Part shown: piece by piece, positions 25,482 to 39,004 of the stretch
How positions within the stretch are numbered: the stretch's first letter is position 1
How the letters are laid out: every line of letters begins with the position of its first letter
Assembly (NCBI RefSeq): GCF_006345805.1
Contig: NC_042997.1
Span: 173,166,001 to 173,230,000, forward strand
DNA: 64,000 bases
Direction: 5' to 3'
Source: Octopus sinensis
Lineage: Eukaryota
Notes under the pieces: generated by a model
The model's database searches: none
Seen by the model: only the letters and a program-made list of their open reading frames with translations
What the model was told of the DNA's origin: nothing
Translations under genes and position numbers: made by a program

Positions 25482-25720
25482 GGCAGTAGATAGAACATTT
25501 TGTGGTATTTGTTCTGGGCGAAATGCTTAGCAGTATTTTGTCTTCCGCTACGTTCTAAGTTCAAATTCCACCGAGGTCGACTTTGCCTTTCATCCTTTTC
25601 GGGTCGATTAAATAAGTACCAGTTATGCACTGGGGTCGATGTAATCGACTTAATCCGTTTGTCTGTCCTTGTTTGTCCCCTCTGTGTTTTAGCCCCTTGT
25701 CGGTAGTTAAGAAATAGGTA
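25482..25720 (+). mobile_element. SINE family B
   Basis: ccgaggtcgactttgcctttcatccttttcgggtcg...gccccttgtcggtagttaagaaatag. Confidence 0.85.
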
Positions 25721-27912
25721 TTTGTTCTGGATTTCTGTGCTCTTAAGATCAAATCTCAGACTTTGTCTTTCATCTTTCCATGTTTGATCGATAAATAAAG
25801 TAATAGTCTCGGTTGGTGGAATGGCAGTGTCGTTAGAATGTCAAAACAAGACACTTTGCAGTATCACTTCTTGCTCTTTGTATTTTAGCTGCAAAGCCTG
25901 CTCTAATACTGGTGTTGAATTGTAACAATCTGTCTCCCTGCAAAGGAGAAATATTACTAGCATGAAGACAAGGACTTGCATGCAAAGGAAACTGCTGGTC
26001 TTCCATAACAAAAAAAAAGTAAAGAAAGAAAGAAACCTTGCACCACGGAGAGGAATTTTCTAGAGGTAGACCCTGGTCAGACAGGCGCCCCAGATAAATA
26101 TAAATAACGAACACATAGTTGACTAAATGATTTGTGGAACAGTAGCCATCACAGCTGATACAACTGTGATTACTGTAAGGCCTACCTATTTTTTTTTCTA
26201 CAAAAGCTAATCAAAAGTTACTGTATGTAATGTCAAACTGGCAGCAATAACATTACAAAACAAAACAATCACTGCACTTTTGGAGCTTGACACCATTAAT
26301 TTAAATTTCACAGATGACTAATAAATTCTTTCACACGAAACTCATTCTGTCTCTGTCTCTCACACACAAAAGACTCAAATTCAGTGAAGAATATAAATAA
26401 GGTAAAAAGCTATGTACAAGCCCCCAAAATATTTGAGTGTTAAAAAAAAACAAATCTATGTATTTATATTCAATTAGTCATTTTAATAAACATTTCATCT
26501 AATTTTTTTTTTCCTAAAACAGAAAACGGAGTTGATTTTTACTTCTTTCATTTCGTAATAAAATGACATAAAGAGAAAAAATTATGCAAGAATATTTTTA
26601 GACAAAACTCCTTCAGATAAAATATTAGTTTCTCTACTTAATGTACTATTTAAAACAGAAGGTAACAACACTTAGAAATAACACCATTAATGATGATGAT
26701 GATGATGGCGGTGATGATAGCAATACTAAATAAATTGTAAGCAACCGCAGTTTAGCTCTAGTTGTGAATTCATGCCATTTTGGATGACAAAAACAGTTTT
26801 GTAAGTAGTAGTGCAGTAAAGGACTTGACATTTGAAATATGCATAAGAATGCCTCCACTGATTTGTCTGTCAGATGAGATCGATCAAACACAACACAGAA
26901 TACTCTTAAGTAATTTGTGAACACGCCAAGTGCTTCCGAGCTAATAAAGCTTAGCAAGGCAGCCTACTGCTGTCAAGAGAACATTGATAATGCCAGATCC
27001 AGCTAAAGCATAAACAAAAAAAAAAAAGAAAGAAAAAAGAAGAAAAAAAAAGCAGCTATAAAAATATAACTAACTCACCATCTTTTAGTTTCCTATTAAG
27101 AAAGAATGAAGAGGAATGGTTGGGGTATTTAAAACTTTAGATTATAAAGTTAGCTATTTAGCAAAATGAAATGAAATATTTAATCCCATCTTTAGTTTTT
27201 TTTTTTCACCATTCAACACACACATATGTATGTATATATGTATGTTAAAAAAAAACAAAAAACATTCAAACTTGTGTTTTTTTACTAAAATTCCATAATG
27301 AAATTATAGACTACTTTACTAAACAACTACAATGATTAGTCCAATTGCCTTGAAACAATCCACTTGATCATGGATCTTTGCAGATCATCAGAGATCCAAT
27401 GTGACACTTATATCAATGGATTAGAGTTGTTTTCTGGGAATTAAAGAAAAAATTGTGAACTTACATTGGGAATCCTGTCAAAGCTGATCGACTCACTTGC
27501 ATTATATTACATAAGACAAGATTTACTGTTAAAACTATTTCAACACATTTATATCAAATGTTTTGTGTGTGTGTGTAAGTGTGCATGTTTATTCAACAGG
27601 AGGGGCTATGGTTGTCAATATGTTTGTCTGTATTAGCAAACATCAGATTTCAATAAAGTTCACAACAGAACAGAGTAAGTTTGAATGCTGTTATGAAGAA
27701 GAAAATTGAAACACTCTAGTCAGGGCATGCCTCACAGAAGAAATGAGTAGAAATATATTGAAAAATGTAAACAAATCTATGAGTGTACATAAGGTTGAAA
27801 TGCCCAAAATTTTCTTTTTAAAGTCATGTACTGCAAAAACATGACTTTGTCTAATTTACCCTAAAATGCAATGTCTCAGAAAATTTCTTATAATCATTTT
27901 TGCTCCAATATC

Positions 27913-27916
<4 letters not shown>

Positions 27917-27959
<43 letters not shown>
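27917..27959. repeat. (TA)n microsatellite
   Basis: Directly visible. Confidence 0.95.
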
Positions 27960-27962
<3 letters not shown>

Positions 27963-28246
27963 GTCTCATTTGTTGTAGATGTTAAGTTGAGATGATCAAA
28001 GACATTCCAGTGTAGGGTATCTTGTCCTTTTAGGAAGATCTATGACAACATTATGTCGTATAGATTTTTTTTTGTTTTTTCAAGGCAGTGGGGTTAAATT
28101 TCAAGAATTGGCTGCTATTTCTAGCATGCTGAGTGACTTACTTAGAAGCCCCTTCATTGCCTAACCCAAGTCTCAAAGAGCTAATGGCGAAGGTTGACAA
28201 ACTTATGCAAATTATATTAAGTAGCAAGCAAGACCATGAACTAGAA

Positions 28247-28291
<45 letters not shown>

Positions 28292-28321
28292 ATGGACACG
28301 TATGTATGTAAAAGATAGTAA

Positions 28322-28495
28322 TATGGTTTCGAATTTTGGAACTACTTCAGCAATTTCATAATTTACTTTATCAACTCTGAAAGGATGAAAGGCAAAGTCA
28401 ACTTCAGCAGAATTTGAACTCAGACTGTAAAGGCAGCTGAAATGCTGCTAAGCATTTTGCCTGGCATGTTAACAGTTCTGCCAGTTTGCCACCTT
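28322..28495 (-). mobile_element. SINE family B, older subfamily
   Basis: gaaaggatgaaaggcaaagtcaacttcagcagaatttgaactc...ctgccagtttgccacctt. Confidence 0.8.
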
Positions 28496-29720
28496 GATAA
28501 TTAAAGTTAATATAGACAGAGTGAATGCTGCAAAACTTCATTCAACATGAAGCTTTATTATTTTTAATGAACAAAGATGTTTAAAGAATATAAATGAAAT
28601 GAGGTGAGAAATGAGACGCTTTTTCATTCAATTTAGTTCGTTAAAAGTTATTAAGCTGCACATTTATCATAATTGTGGGTACACATATATCATCTTAATG
28701 ATTATATATACATATTTATAATTAGCAGTTTCATATTAACTTGTTGAATAATAACTTAAACATTGAAGTTTTAATTATTTAAAATAATTAATGGCTACAG
28801 TTTTAAATGCAGTAATCACAAAAACTTAATGATGATACCTTATATATGAACTTTTACTAAAGCTTAATGACTTTTCATTATGGGTTTAATTTCAATTGAT
28901 TAAAAATGAGTTTTGGCTAACTATATATTAAGCAAGGTAGCATTACTTAAAAAAACACACTCTACTTGAACAATATAATACATTTAATACATATTGTTCA
29001 AATAAATGACATCGATGGGAAATTTTCAAACACCTGTTTAGTATTATGTGAGCCCTCATTAGGAAACAGTCACTAGTGTCTTAACTTGGGTATATTGCAA
29101 TGAACTTAATAAATACAAAAGGGTTAGAATAGATGGGTAGCATTATACAGGAGTGTAAAAAAAAAAAATGAAATAGAATATTTTTAGGAATGAAATGTGA
29201 GGATTGCATTATATTCAAGAAAGCATTTGTATTTGTTTCAATACAGTATATTTATAGTTGTCACAGCTGTGATCATCACATCAAGTTTTTGCATTTTTTT
29301 GAAGTCAAGTTGAATCTACAGTTCGTCTTTTTATTTTTTATTTCTTTCAGTCACTGGACTAGTCATACTGGGACATTGCTTTGACATCCTGTACTTCCTT
29401 TTCATGAGAGAGCAGAGTGTGATTTGAGGAGGAATATGACTACCCTTTCTAGCATGTCAAGTAACTATACAGAGGACTGAAAGGCCTTCTGGATCTGGCC
29501 ATAGATGAAGGAGACACCAGATTAAAATGTTATGGAGAAAGAGAGCAAAGAGTGGGGTCTGTGTGCTCCTAAAATAATTGATAACCATAAGCACTGTTAT
29601 ATCACTGGGAAAGATGGCATGTGATCACTTGACTTGCTAGAAATAGTAGTCAGTTTCCATCTACCAAATCCATTCAAAAAACGTTAGTTGACCCAGGGCC
29701 ATAGTAGAAAACAAGTGCCC

Positions 29721-30115
29721 AAGATGGCGAGCTGGCAGAAACGTTACCGTGTCTTTACGTTCTGAGTTCAAATTCCACCGAGGTCGACTTTGCCTTTCAT
29801 CCTTTTGGAGTCGATAAATCAAGTACCAGCTACGCACTGGGGGTCGATGTAATCGACTTAATCCGTTTGTCTGTCCTTGTTTGTCCCCTCTGTGTTTAGC
29901 CCCTTGTGGGTAATAAAGAAATAGGTATTTCGTCTGTCGCTACGTTCTGAGTTCAAATTCCGCCGAGGTCGACTTTGCCTTTCATCCTTATGGGGTCGAT
30001 AAATTAAGTACCAGTTACGCACTAGGAGTCGATGTAATCGACTTAATCCCTTTGTCTGTCCTTGTTTGTCCCCTCTATGTTTTAGCCCCTTCTGAGTAGT
30101 AAAGAAATAAGAAAT
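29721..30115 (+). mobile_element. SINE family B with duplicated 3' half
   Basis: aagatggcgagctggcagaa head; unit tacgttctgagttc...aaagaaata occurs twice. Confidence 0.9.
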
Positions 30116-30669
30116 AGTAGTCAAACAGCCACGAAACAACACCATACTATTTCAAATAAAAAGCAAAAAGTGTGGTGGTGGTGGGTGTGAATAACACAGT
30201 GGGGGTAACTAGTCTTAGCTGCACTATTTCTGAAAAAGGATAATGTAGTCAAATCTATAATGTCTTTACCATAGACCTGCTCAGTCGAGTTAATTAGGAC
30301 AGGGGAGAGACAAAGCAACAACAATTTGCTTATACCACCCACATTCTTGGCAATGTTGTTTATTTACCTTCCAGCTAACACTTAACTGCATGCAGTTATA
30401 CACCTCAAGGTATGTAAAGTGTACTGGTAGGCCCCACACTCAGCCACTAAACTCCAGCTAGGTGACACCAGCTAGAGTAACACAATAAGCAGGTTAACAG
30501 CAGCTTATGAGAAGCATAGATTTTTTTTCTTCTCTTCTCGCCCCAACAACAATCTTAGAGAAGCCCACCCCGCCCTGCTGCGAAAGAAAAAAAAACAAAG
30601 AAAAAATGTTATGGGCATTGACCCTCTCCCTTTCAATAAGCCATAGAAAATATTTAGAGAGGTGCTGAT

Positions 30670-30874
30670 ACCTATTTCTTTACTACCCACAAGGGACTAA
30701 ATACAGAGAGGACAAACAAGGACAGACAAACAGATTAAGTCGATTACATCGACCCCAGTGCCTAACCGGTACTTATTTAATCGACCCCGAAAGGATGAAA
30801 GGCAAAGTTGACCTCAGCGGAATTTGAACATAGAACGTAACGGCCGACGAAATACGGCTATGCATTTCGCCCGG
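30670..30874 (-). mobile_element. SINE family B
   Basis: tacctatttctttactacccacaaggg...gcatttcgcccgg. Confidence 0.88.
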
Positions 30875-31074
30875 ATATCTTCTCAACTAACCCAGAGGGT
30901 ATACAACAGCAGCAGTTGAAGATTGAATAGAAAATGACAATCATATTAATTTCAAATTTTTGGCACAAGGCCAGCAATTTAGGGGGAGCGGGAAAGTCAA
31001 TTACATCGACGTCAGTGCACTGACGATGATCATACGATGGTGATCTGGCATAAGTTTTCATTGCTAACATCATC

Positions 31075-31520
31075 AATGTCAAGATTTACATGTCCATTTT
31101 TATGCCCGCATAGGTCAGATGGAATTTACTGAAACATCATATTTCACATGGCTGGATGCCCTTTCTGTTACCAGCACTGACCAGTTTCAAGTAAGGTGAT
31201 ATTTCTCCATCACCGGACATGGTCTCACAGAATATTAGAAATGAATGACACAGTTTGTATGACAGTGGCAATCATTTTACAATTATCCCATGAGAACAAG
31301 CCGAGAAGACACACACATATATACAAACATATATGCGCGCACACACGCACACACACACACACACTGGGCTTCTTTCAGTTTCCATCTACCAAATCCATTC
31401 AGAAGACGTTAGTTGACCCAGAGCCATAGTAGAAAACAAGTGCCCAAGGTGTCAAACAGTGGGACTGAACCAGAAGCTACGTGGATGGGAAATAAGCTTT
31501 CCAACCACACAGCCATACAT
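31075..31520 (-). mobile_element. Family D fragment plus family A head
   Basis: ggctggatgccctttctgttaccagc...caagtaaggtgatatttctcc, then gggcttctttcagtttccatctacc...ccacacagcc. Confidence 0.7.
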
Positions 31521-32411
31521 GCTACTGGGTGTGTGTGTGTTTGGTGGGGGGGAGACAGAGAGAGGAGGGGGAGGATAATCCTGATCAAATAATCAAGGTG
31601 ACACTATACACACACACACACACACACACACACCAACAAAAATAAATGAAAATATAAATAGGCCAAATTCTATTATGCAAAGATAAATCAGTGAATGAAG
31701 CTTAATTATATATTATTATTATTATTATTATTCTTATCATTTCTATTAAAAACACATACACGTGTTCACACACACACACACACACAAACATATGTATTTC
31801 TTAATATGAATAGCAGGCTCTGAATCAGCAAGCTAGCAACAAAGCACTTCAGATTTTCATATCATTTTGGATTTAGTTATGTAAATTTTGAACTTCGTGC
31901 TCTCGCACGGAAAAATATTTGGGAGATTGTTTTCACTGATGTAAATAATTTATGCAAGTTTGTATAACAACACTGGTGTATATATATATGCATGTATGTA
32001 TGTATGTATGTATGTAACAAGCAAAATATAAATAAATAACTTTAGGGAATGTCTGGATGTGTCAGAAAAAACACAGACAGTATATATGTATATATATGTG
32101 TGTGTGTGTGTGTGCGCAGAGAGAAAATAAATCGGAAAGAGAGAGAGAGAAATCAATTTGAAAAATAATAGCGACAAACAATAAACTTGGCTCGTGTAAC
32201 CTAACTTCACTGTCATCGCCAAGCTAACAACAAATACCACTAAGACAAGAGTATAAGACGAAACATCTACTAACATTATATAAACATCTTTCTGTTTGTT
32301 GTTTGTTAGTTTGCCTCCTACCTGTCTGTGTGTGTGTGTTTGTATACACACACACAGGCATATATATGTAACATTTTTTGGCATCAACAAAATATATGAT
32401 ACATTAAAATG

Positions 32412-32445
<34 letters not shown>

Positions 32446-33707
32446 CTGTGTTTAAATATACCATTATTTGGCATTTTTTTTTAAATACTTTATTTCTTTT
32501 ATTTTTGATATTTATAGAACCTGATACCACACACACACACATACTCATATACAAAATGTAAAGAATTATGAATATGTGAATATATTTTTATAATAAATTC
32601 TACTTCCCATACCTCTAGGCAAACACTATACTGGAATTTAAGAAAATGACCCCATAAAATAAGTAAAATTGATTCGGGGATTAAAAAAAACCCCAAAAAA
32701 AGGGGTTATTTTCCTTTTTACTTATTTACAATAATCTGAATATGTTTGACATATAAAAAAGACCAAAAAAAAAAAAAAAAAACTCCAAGGAATGCCTAAA
32801 TATGTAGAGCAAGGCTGTTTTTAAGTTTGTTTTGATAATGTTATATTGAAGAGGTTATGCTTAATAAATAATACAGAGGAAGTGTAATAAATTGAATGGA
32901 ACGCATTGCAAAAGTATGTAGAAGGCAAAGAAAGAGTAAACCTCTTATTCAGATCTGCAGAAAGAGTTGTAAGGTTGTTGATATTGTTTAGACCTTTACC
33001 CAAACAATATCTCAGTACATTCTGTAAAATGGTTGGGCATCCAGCTGTAGAAACCATGCCAAAACAGACAGCAGAGCTTGGTGCAGTCTTCCAACTTGTC
33101 AGTTCTTGTCGAACCTGTAGTGTCTGTACAGGTGTACAGAGCAAAATGAAATGAAGTGTTTTGCTCAAGAATACAATGTACTACCCATTCTGGAAATTGA
33201 AACCACAATCTTGTGATTGTAAGCACAACACCATAACCACATGGCCTAACAGGTGTGAAACGGGCTTAATATCAACCCAACCTTACAAATGCTTGTTTTT
33301 CTTTTCTTGTTACTTTCAATTTGTTTAGTCTGGCAAATTAATATATGAGATAAGATAGTGGTTGTTGTAAAGCCCTTTATATAATCATTCAGTCCGATAC
33401 TGTGGAAGTTGAAGTTGCTAAGTAGGAGCAGAACCAGCAAGACAAGTGAACCAAGAAGTTACCCTCAAGACAATTAGGGAGATTCTGGATCACGGGACAA
33501 AATACACATCAGAATACTGAGGTATATGCACTTATAGCACTGTGGAAAATAGTAAAATAAGAGATACAACTTTTTCTGTATTTATCCCCTCAACATGGAA
33601 ATGGATAGTATTAATGAACCATTTGAAAGTTATACCATATTTTGGATAAACTGTATTTTGGATAAACCGTAGAAATACATCTACATTGCAAAGTATAACT
33701 AAAGTTT

Positions 33708-33843
33708 TCAGATGTTTTTTTTAAGATTGGGTAGTATTGAACCCAATGCTCCGACGACAATAACCTTTATGTTTGACTCTTGTAGTTGCCACATCTTAGT
33801 GATTTCAATTCTCGGGCCTCCATATTTATCAACCTTTTCTCTT

Positions 33844-33845
<2 letters not shown>
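33708..33845 (-). pseudogene. 5'-truncated non-LTR retrotransposon fragment, restriction-like endonuclease C-terminus (R4/Dong type)
   Basis: Minus-strand translation EREKVDKYGGPRIEITKMWQLQESNIKVIVVGALGSILPNLKK fits the K-x-x-KY...W...V-x-GALG pattern of RLE LINEs; abuts an (ATT)n tract. Confidence 0.75.
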
Positions 33846-33875
<30 letters not shown>

Positions 33876-34085
33876 GAAGTGGTGAGCTAGCAGAATCATT
33901 AGTATGTTGGACAAGTGTTCAGAGGCATCTTTAGCATCTCTTTACATCCAAATTCTACTACGGTCAGTTTTGCTTTTCATATTTTTGGGGTTGATCAAAA
34001 TAAGGTACCAGTCAAGTACTGGGTTCATGTGACTGACTGGATCTCACCCCTTAAAACTGCTTGCATTGTACCAAAATTAAAAAGT
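33876..34085 (+). mobile_element. SINE family B, older subfamily
   Basis: gaagtggtgagctagcagaatc head; gtcagttttgcttttcat core. Confidence 0.7.
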
Positions 34086-34144
34086 AATAATAATATCATT
34101 ATTATTAATGCCAGTGCAGCATAACCAGCCCATTTAAGAGTACC

Positions 34145-34560
34145 CTTCAATCATTGGACAATAAACTACGCTTGCGAAGTCCTGTTGAGGCAAGAGAAAT
34201 CATTGTCGTGGTCAATGACAGTACTGCCTGATTGGCTCCTGTATCGGTAGCACGTAAAAATCCCCATTCAAGCGTGGTTGTAGCCAGTGCCGCCAGACTG
34301 GCTTCTGTGCAGGTGGCACGTGAAAAGCACCATTTTGAGTGTGGCCGATGCCAGTACCACCTGACTGGCCCTTGTGCCAGTGACACGTAAAAGCACTCAC
34401 TACACTCTCAGAGTTGTTGGCGTTAGGAAGGGCATCCAGCTGTAGAAACTTTGCCAGATCAGATTGAAGCTTGGTGCTGTCTTCTGGCTCGCCAGCCCTC
34501 AGTCAAACTGTCCAACCCATGCCAGCATGGAAAGCAGACATTAAACGACGATGACAATGA
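34145..34560 (+). mobile_element. SINE-like family C, long copy
   Basis: Several internal gcacgtaaaa(a/t)(g/c)cac units; tail gacattaaacgacgatgac. Confidence 0.85.
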
Positions 34561-34567
34561 TTATAAT

Positions 34568-34780
34568 AAGGCAAGCTCGCAGAATCTTTAGCTTGCCAGG
34601 CAAAGAGCTAAGTGGCATTTCGTCCGTCTTTATGTTCTGAATTCAAATTTTGCTGAGATTGACTTTGCCTTTCATCCTTTCCAGGGTCATTGAAATAAGT
34701 ACCAGTTGAGCACTAGGGTTGATGTAATCAATTTAACCCCTTATCTCAAATCTGCTAGCCTTGAGCCAAAATTTGAAATC
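34568..34780 (+). mobile_element. SINE family B, older subfamily
   Basis: gagattgactttgcctttcatcctttccagggtc...agtaccagttgagcactaggg. Confidence 0.75.
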
Positions 34781-35589
34781 ATCACCATCATCATTACACC
34801 ATTAAGCATTCTAGTGTGTTGTTAATATTATTTAGTATTCTAGTATTTAGTATTAAAAATATTAAAATCTTGAAAGGGGGAAAAAACATCCCAGCTACCT
34901 TTTTAACTTAGCTAGCTTGTAAACAAATGACACTTGAAAAATTAGAAGTTTTTGTCTTGTCACACGATTGCTATTTTTCTATATAAACTGGTTTTAGATT
35001 ACTAGATCAATTTTAATAGAAAAATTTTATAGTAAAGTTATTCTCTGAATATACAATTTCTTCTGATGCTTTATTTTTCCTCTGTTTTTTTTTTTTTGTT
35101 ATTTTTTTTGTTAATTAACTCTTGTATTCTATTTTTGACAGATATATATATATATATATTGCTGTTATTACAGTTATCACTAAGACCACCACCGGTACTA
35201 TCATTACTGCTGTTTTGCCAGTAATAAATTGAGTTTTAAGTGGAAGGTTCTGTTATGTTTTAAGTAACATCCACTTCATACTTATAATCTCATAATCACT
35301 TCATTTTAAAAAAATTAAGACACACACACACATAAGTATATTCCTTGTATTTTAAGTTTCTTCATTGCTCATTTTTAAGAAGTCATCTCAAAAAAAGAAG
35401 ACTACTTTAGTGGAGAAATCAATAAGCAAAAGAGATTTGTCAGGAAAAAAGAAGAGAATATGTGTAGAAATATATATAAAAAAAATAACTACTGACATTT
35501 AGTAACTAAGTGATGTCAGCTTCTTAAAACTAAAAGTTTATATGTTATAAATATAGAGAGGATTTAAAACAAATGATAAATGAATGAAA

Positions 35590-35895
35590 GCATATATATA
35601 TATATATATATACACACACACCACATACATTATATATACATACACACCACATACATTATATATACACATACACACACACATTATATATATATATATACAT
35701 ATAGACACACCACACATTATATATATATATACATATAGACACACCACACACATATATATATATATATATACACACACACATACACCACACACACACATAT
35801 ATACACATACCAAACAATATATATATACACACATATATACACACACCAAACATTATATATATATACACACACATGTATATATATATATATATATG
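35590..35895. repeat. Higher-order TA/CA minisatellite
   Basis: ~25-30-nt units of atatatatacacacaccacacatt repeated about ten times. Confidence 0.85.
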
Positions 35896-36127
35896 CATTT
35901 ATGTATATGGAAAAGCAATCTAGTCAATAAATCCCATTCAATAATGTAAATCTTGTTTCGTAAAATTTCATTATAGAAGACAAAACTCATTTGCAGGTTG
36001 CTTTTTTCTTTGTTTTATGTTTTTTTTATTGCAGGGGGTTATTTTTCATACATAGATTTATAAAACTATTATTAAGTCAGAGAAGGGACAGTCAGGGTTG
36101 GGAAAATTTCATTACCACCTATAAATA

Positions 36128-36358
36128 AATGTGCCTTGTGTTATAACAGCAACACTACTTATTTTTGTGGAGTGGTGGCTGGTCAATTACACCGACCCCC
36201 CCCCCCCCACCAGTGTGTGACTGGTACTTATTTTACCCCCCCCCCCCAAAAAAAAACTAAGTTGACCTCAGCGGAATTTGAACTCAAACATGAAGCTGCA
36301 AGAAATGCCGCTAAATGTTTTGTCCAGCATGCTGGCAATTCTGCCATCTCACCACCTT
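36128..36358 (-). mobile_element. SINE family B, older subfamily, with poly-C expansions
   Basis: gactggtacttattttacc...gttgacctcagcggaatttgaactc...ctgccatctcaccacctt. Confidence 0.75.
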
Positions 36359-36462
36359 TATAATAATAATAATAATTTCATTTATTTGCCACCATGGCAA
36401 AGGATGATGATGATGATGATAATAATAATAATTTCATTTATTTGCCACCATGGCAAAGGATG

Positions 36463-36508
<46 letters not shown>

Positions 36509-36690
36509 TAAAACTACTGCATGATAATAATAATAATAATGATGTGATAGTGCATCAAATGTATTAGTGACATTGAAGACTACAATACAGGAAGAGATAA
36601 GCAGAAAGCATCCAATAATGACTGACAATAACAACAGCAGCAGCAGCCACCAACAAACTATGAGTAAAAGGAAAGGAAGGAAGCAACACT

Positions 36691-36730
<40 letters not shown>

Positions 36731-37429
36731 AAGAGAGAGAGTGCAGATTATTAGCTGACACTTTAATGGCTTTCCATATAGCAAACAATAGAATGAGAGA
36801 AACTGAGAGAGGGGGAGGGGGGAAGAAAAAGAAGTGTACATGCATGTGTGAGAGAGAGTGGGAGAGAGATGGGGAGGGAGGGGGGAGAGAGAATATAAGC
36901 CAAACCAATGTTATTAGCTGGAAAACTGCCTTGAGCTAGAAACATTTCAAACAAAAACAGTGTTTGGTCTGAACTAATATATATAAGGTTCTGACAGACT
37001 CAATCAGTGATACATACACACACAGGCTTTCATTTCTGACATAGCTAACCGACTGAATGTATCTTAAGAAAAAGAAAAAAAAAAAAGAGAAAAAAATGGA
37101 GGAAAAAAAAAGGTGGGGCAGATTGAAATAAAGGATTTCTTGTTTACTTCCTTCCATATAGTTTATTTAATAGCTATTTTGTATGCACAGTCATTAATAA
37201 AAATGAGTAAAATGTTAAGAAAATACTTTTGAAAAAAAGATGATTTATCACATCGAATTACAAAAATAATATGACTTATTTATGACTTTATGAGTGTGTT
37301 TAGTTATTAGTTATAGGTAAAGGTAAACCAGACTGTACATATGGACCTGAAGACACATTCCATAGGCTCAGTGGTCAGCTATGTGATACTAATCAATGGA
37401 TTCAAATGGAGAAATCTTAAGTTCACTTA

Positions 37430-37813
37430 TCTAATCTCTATATATATAAAGCTAAAGTTGTCTAGCCTTCAACAAACACTATCTCCTCCGAGACCCTGCG
37501 GCGCAAGTTGACCAAAATTGAGAGTATGATAGAAGAAGGCTTGCTCTTCCTTCCGTAAAAGAAAAAAATTCAAATCAGACCATGTTAACACCAAAAATTA
37601 TTTACATCAAAAAGGTGCTTATTTTTCTATAAAAATTCCTTTTTTTTTTTACGATTTTTTTACTGCTGTGTCGCCATTTTTCGGTGTATTTCAACCAGAA
37701 AAATGTTCACTTAAAGAGAAAAACAAGCTACATAATGCAACATTTTTACTTTTCAAAAATTCCAATTCTAAAGGGTCGAAATAAACCCGAGCAACACCGG
37801 GCGATACTGCTAG
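37430..37813 (+). mobile_element. Non-autonomous Helitron
   Basis: 5' A|TC(taatctctatatatataaagc); subterminal hairpin cccg-agcaacac-cggg at 37786-37801; 3' gatactgCTAG. Confidence 0.82.
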
Positions 37814-37958
37814 ACTGATATATATATATAAAATATATACTCTAACAATTCTAACAGCCTTTAATATTTATATACCACGTCATAAAGAAAAATTGGCATG
37901 TGTACATTTGTGTTAGTGTGTATGCATATATATTTTTTAATAATTATATACATAATTA

Positions 37959-38282
37959 TAACAAGGGATTGGCTATAAGCCCCTCCATGCACTAGAAAAA
38001 TAGATGCCTAAAGATGCTATTACCACCTTAAAAACTCTGTAGACACTCGTCAGTTTATACTATGGAATATCGTTGCTGATGAGAGCAGTAGGTGTAAGTT
38101 TTTTTTACCTGAAGCTTGAAACAGGATCTTGTACACGGTTAACCAAAAGTTCAATTCATTATCTTTCTTTTGCCCAACTATAGCCGTGTTTTATTTTTCG
38201 GAGTTTTAAAGGTGGTAATAATGTCTTTAGGCGTTTATTTTTCTTGTGTGTGTGTGGAGAGGCTCATAGCTATCACTTGTTA
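37959..38282. mobile_element. Unclassified MITE with ~85-bp imperfect TIRs
   Basis: ta|acaagggattggctataagcccctcc...taccaccttaaaaactctg pairs with cggagttttaaaggtggta...gctatcacttgt|ta. Confidence 0.75.
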
Positions 38283-39004
38283 AAATATTTGCAAAATTTA
38301 CCTACAAGATTTTTATTTCCGCACTAGTAAAATCATTAATGATATTTTTACCCTTTATTATAATACACACACACACACACAAATAAATACAAGAGCTAAG
38401 GAATAGAGTAGATAATATCTGGGCTACATATGTTTCATAGTGAGTGGAAACTCAGAAGTGGAAAATGAAATCCACAACCTTCCAGCCTCAACAAACCACT
38501 ATTGTTCCTGAAAGTTGCTTTTTGTATTTCCTATGATTTGCTTGAAGCTAACCTTCTTTCTACACCTCAATCCTTGGATCTTGCATTTATATATGTACAC
38601 ACACACACTCTCTCTCTCTTTCTCTCTCTGCTACACCTCAGCTTAATGTTGGCAATTGGTTCCAAGACATACTACACTTGAAACAATGTAAATTGAAGTA
38701 TGCCTGCTTGCATGTGTATATACTTGCAATATGGAGATATTACACATTACGCAGCACAATATGAAACTAGGTAGGAAAAATACTAAAAGAAAATACATAC
38801 TATATTCATATCACCAACATACACATCAGAAAAATTAACGCATGGTTACTGCAGTGGAACCAAGAGTGGTAGCCATTACAGCCTCAACTGCGACTGCCCA
38901 ACTGCCAGCTGCCATCAGCATTCATAAGAGAAGTGGTGAACGCATTGGCTGGAGCCAGGACAACACCCATTCCAAGTATAAGTAGGCTACTAATATAGAA
39001 AATT

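Noticed and set aside
27600-27674. 75-nt phase-1 exon ending at a gtaagt donor
   Set aside because: Several alternative AGs precede the donor, so frame symmetry here is uninformative.
31950-32474. 174-aa minus ORF with apparent transmembrane segments
   Set aside because: Flanked by microsatellite codons; hydrophobicity is expected from T-rich DNA; no acceptor.
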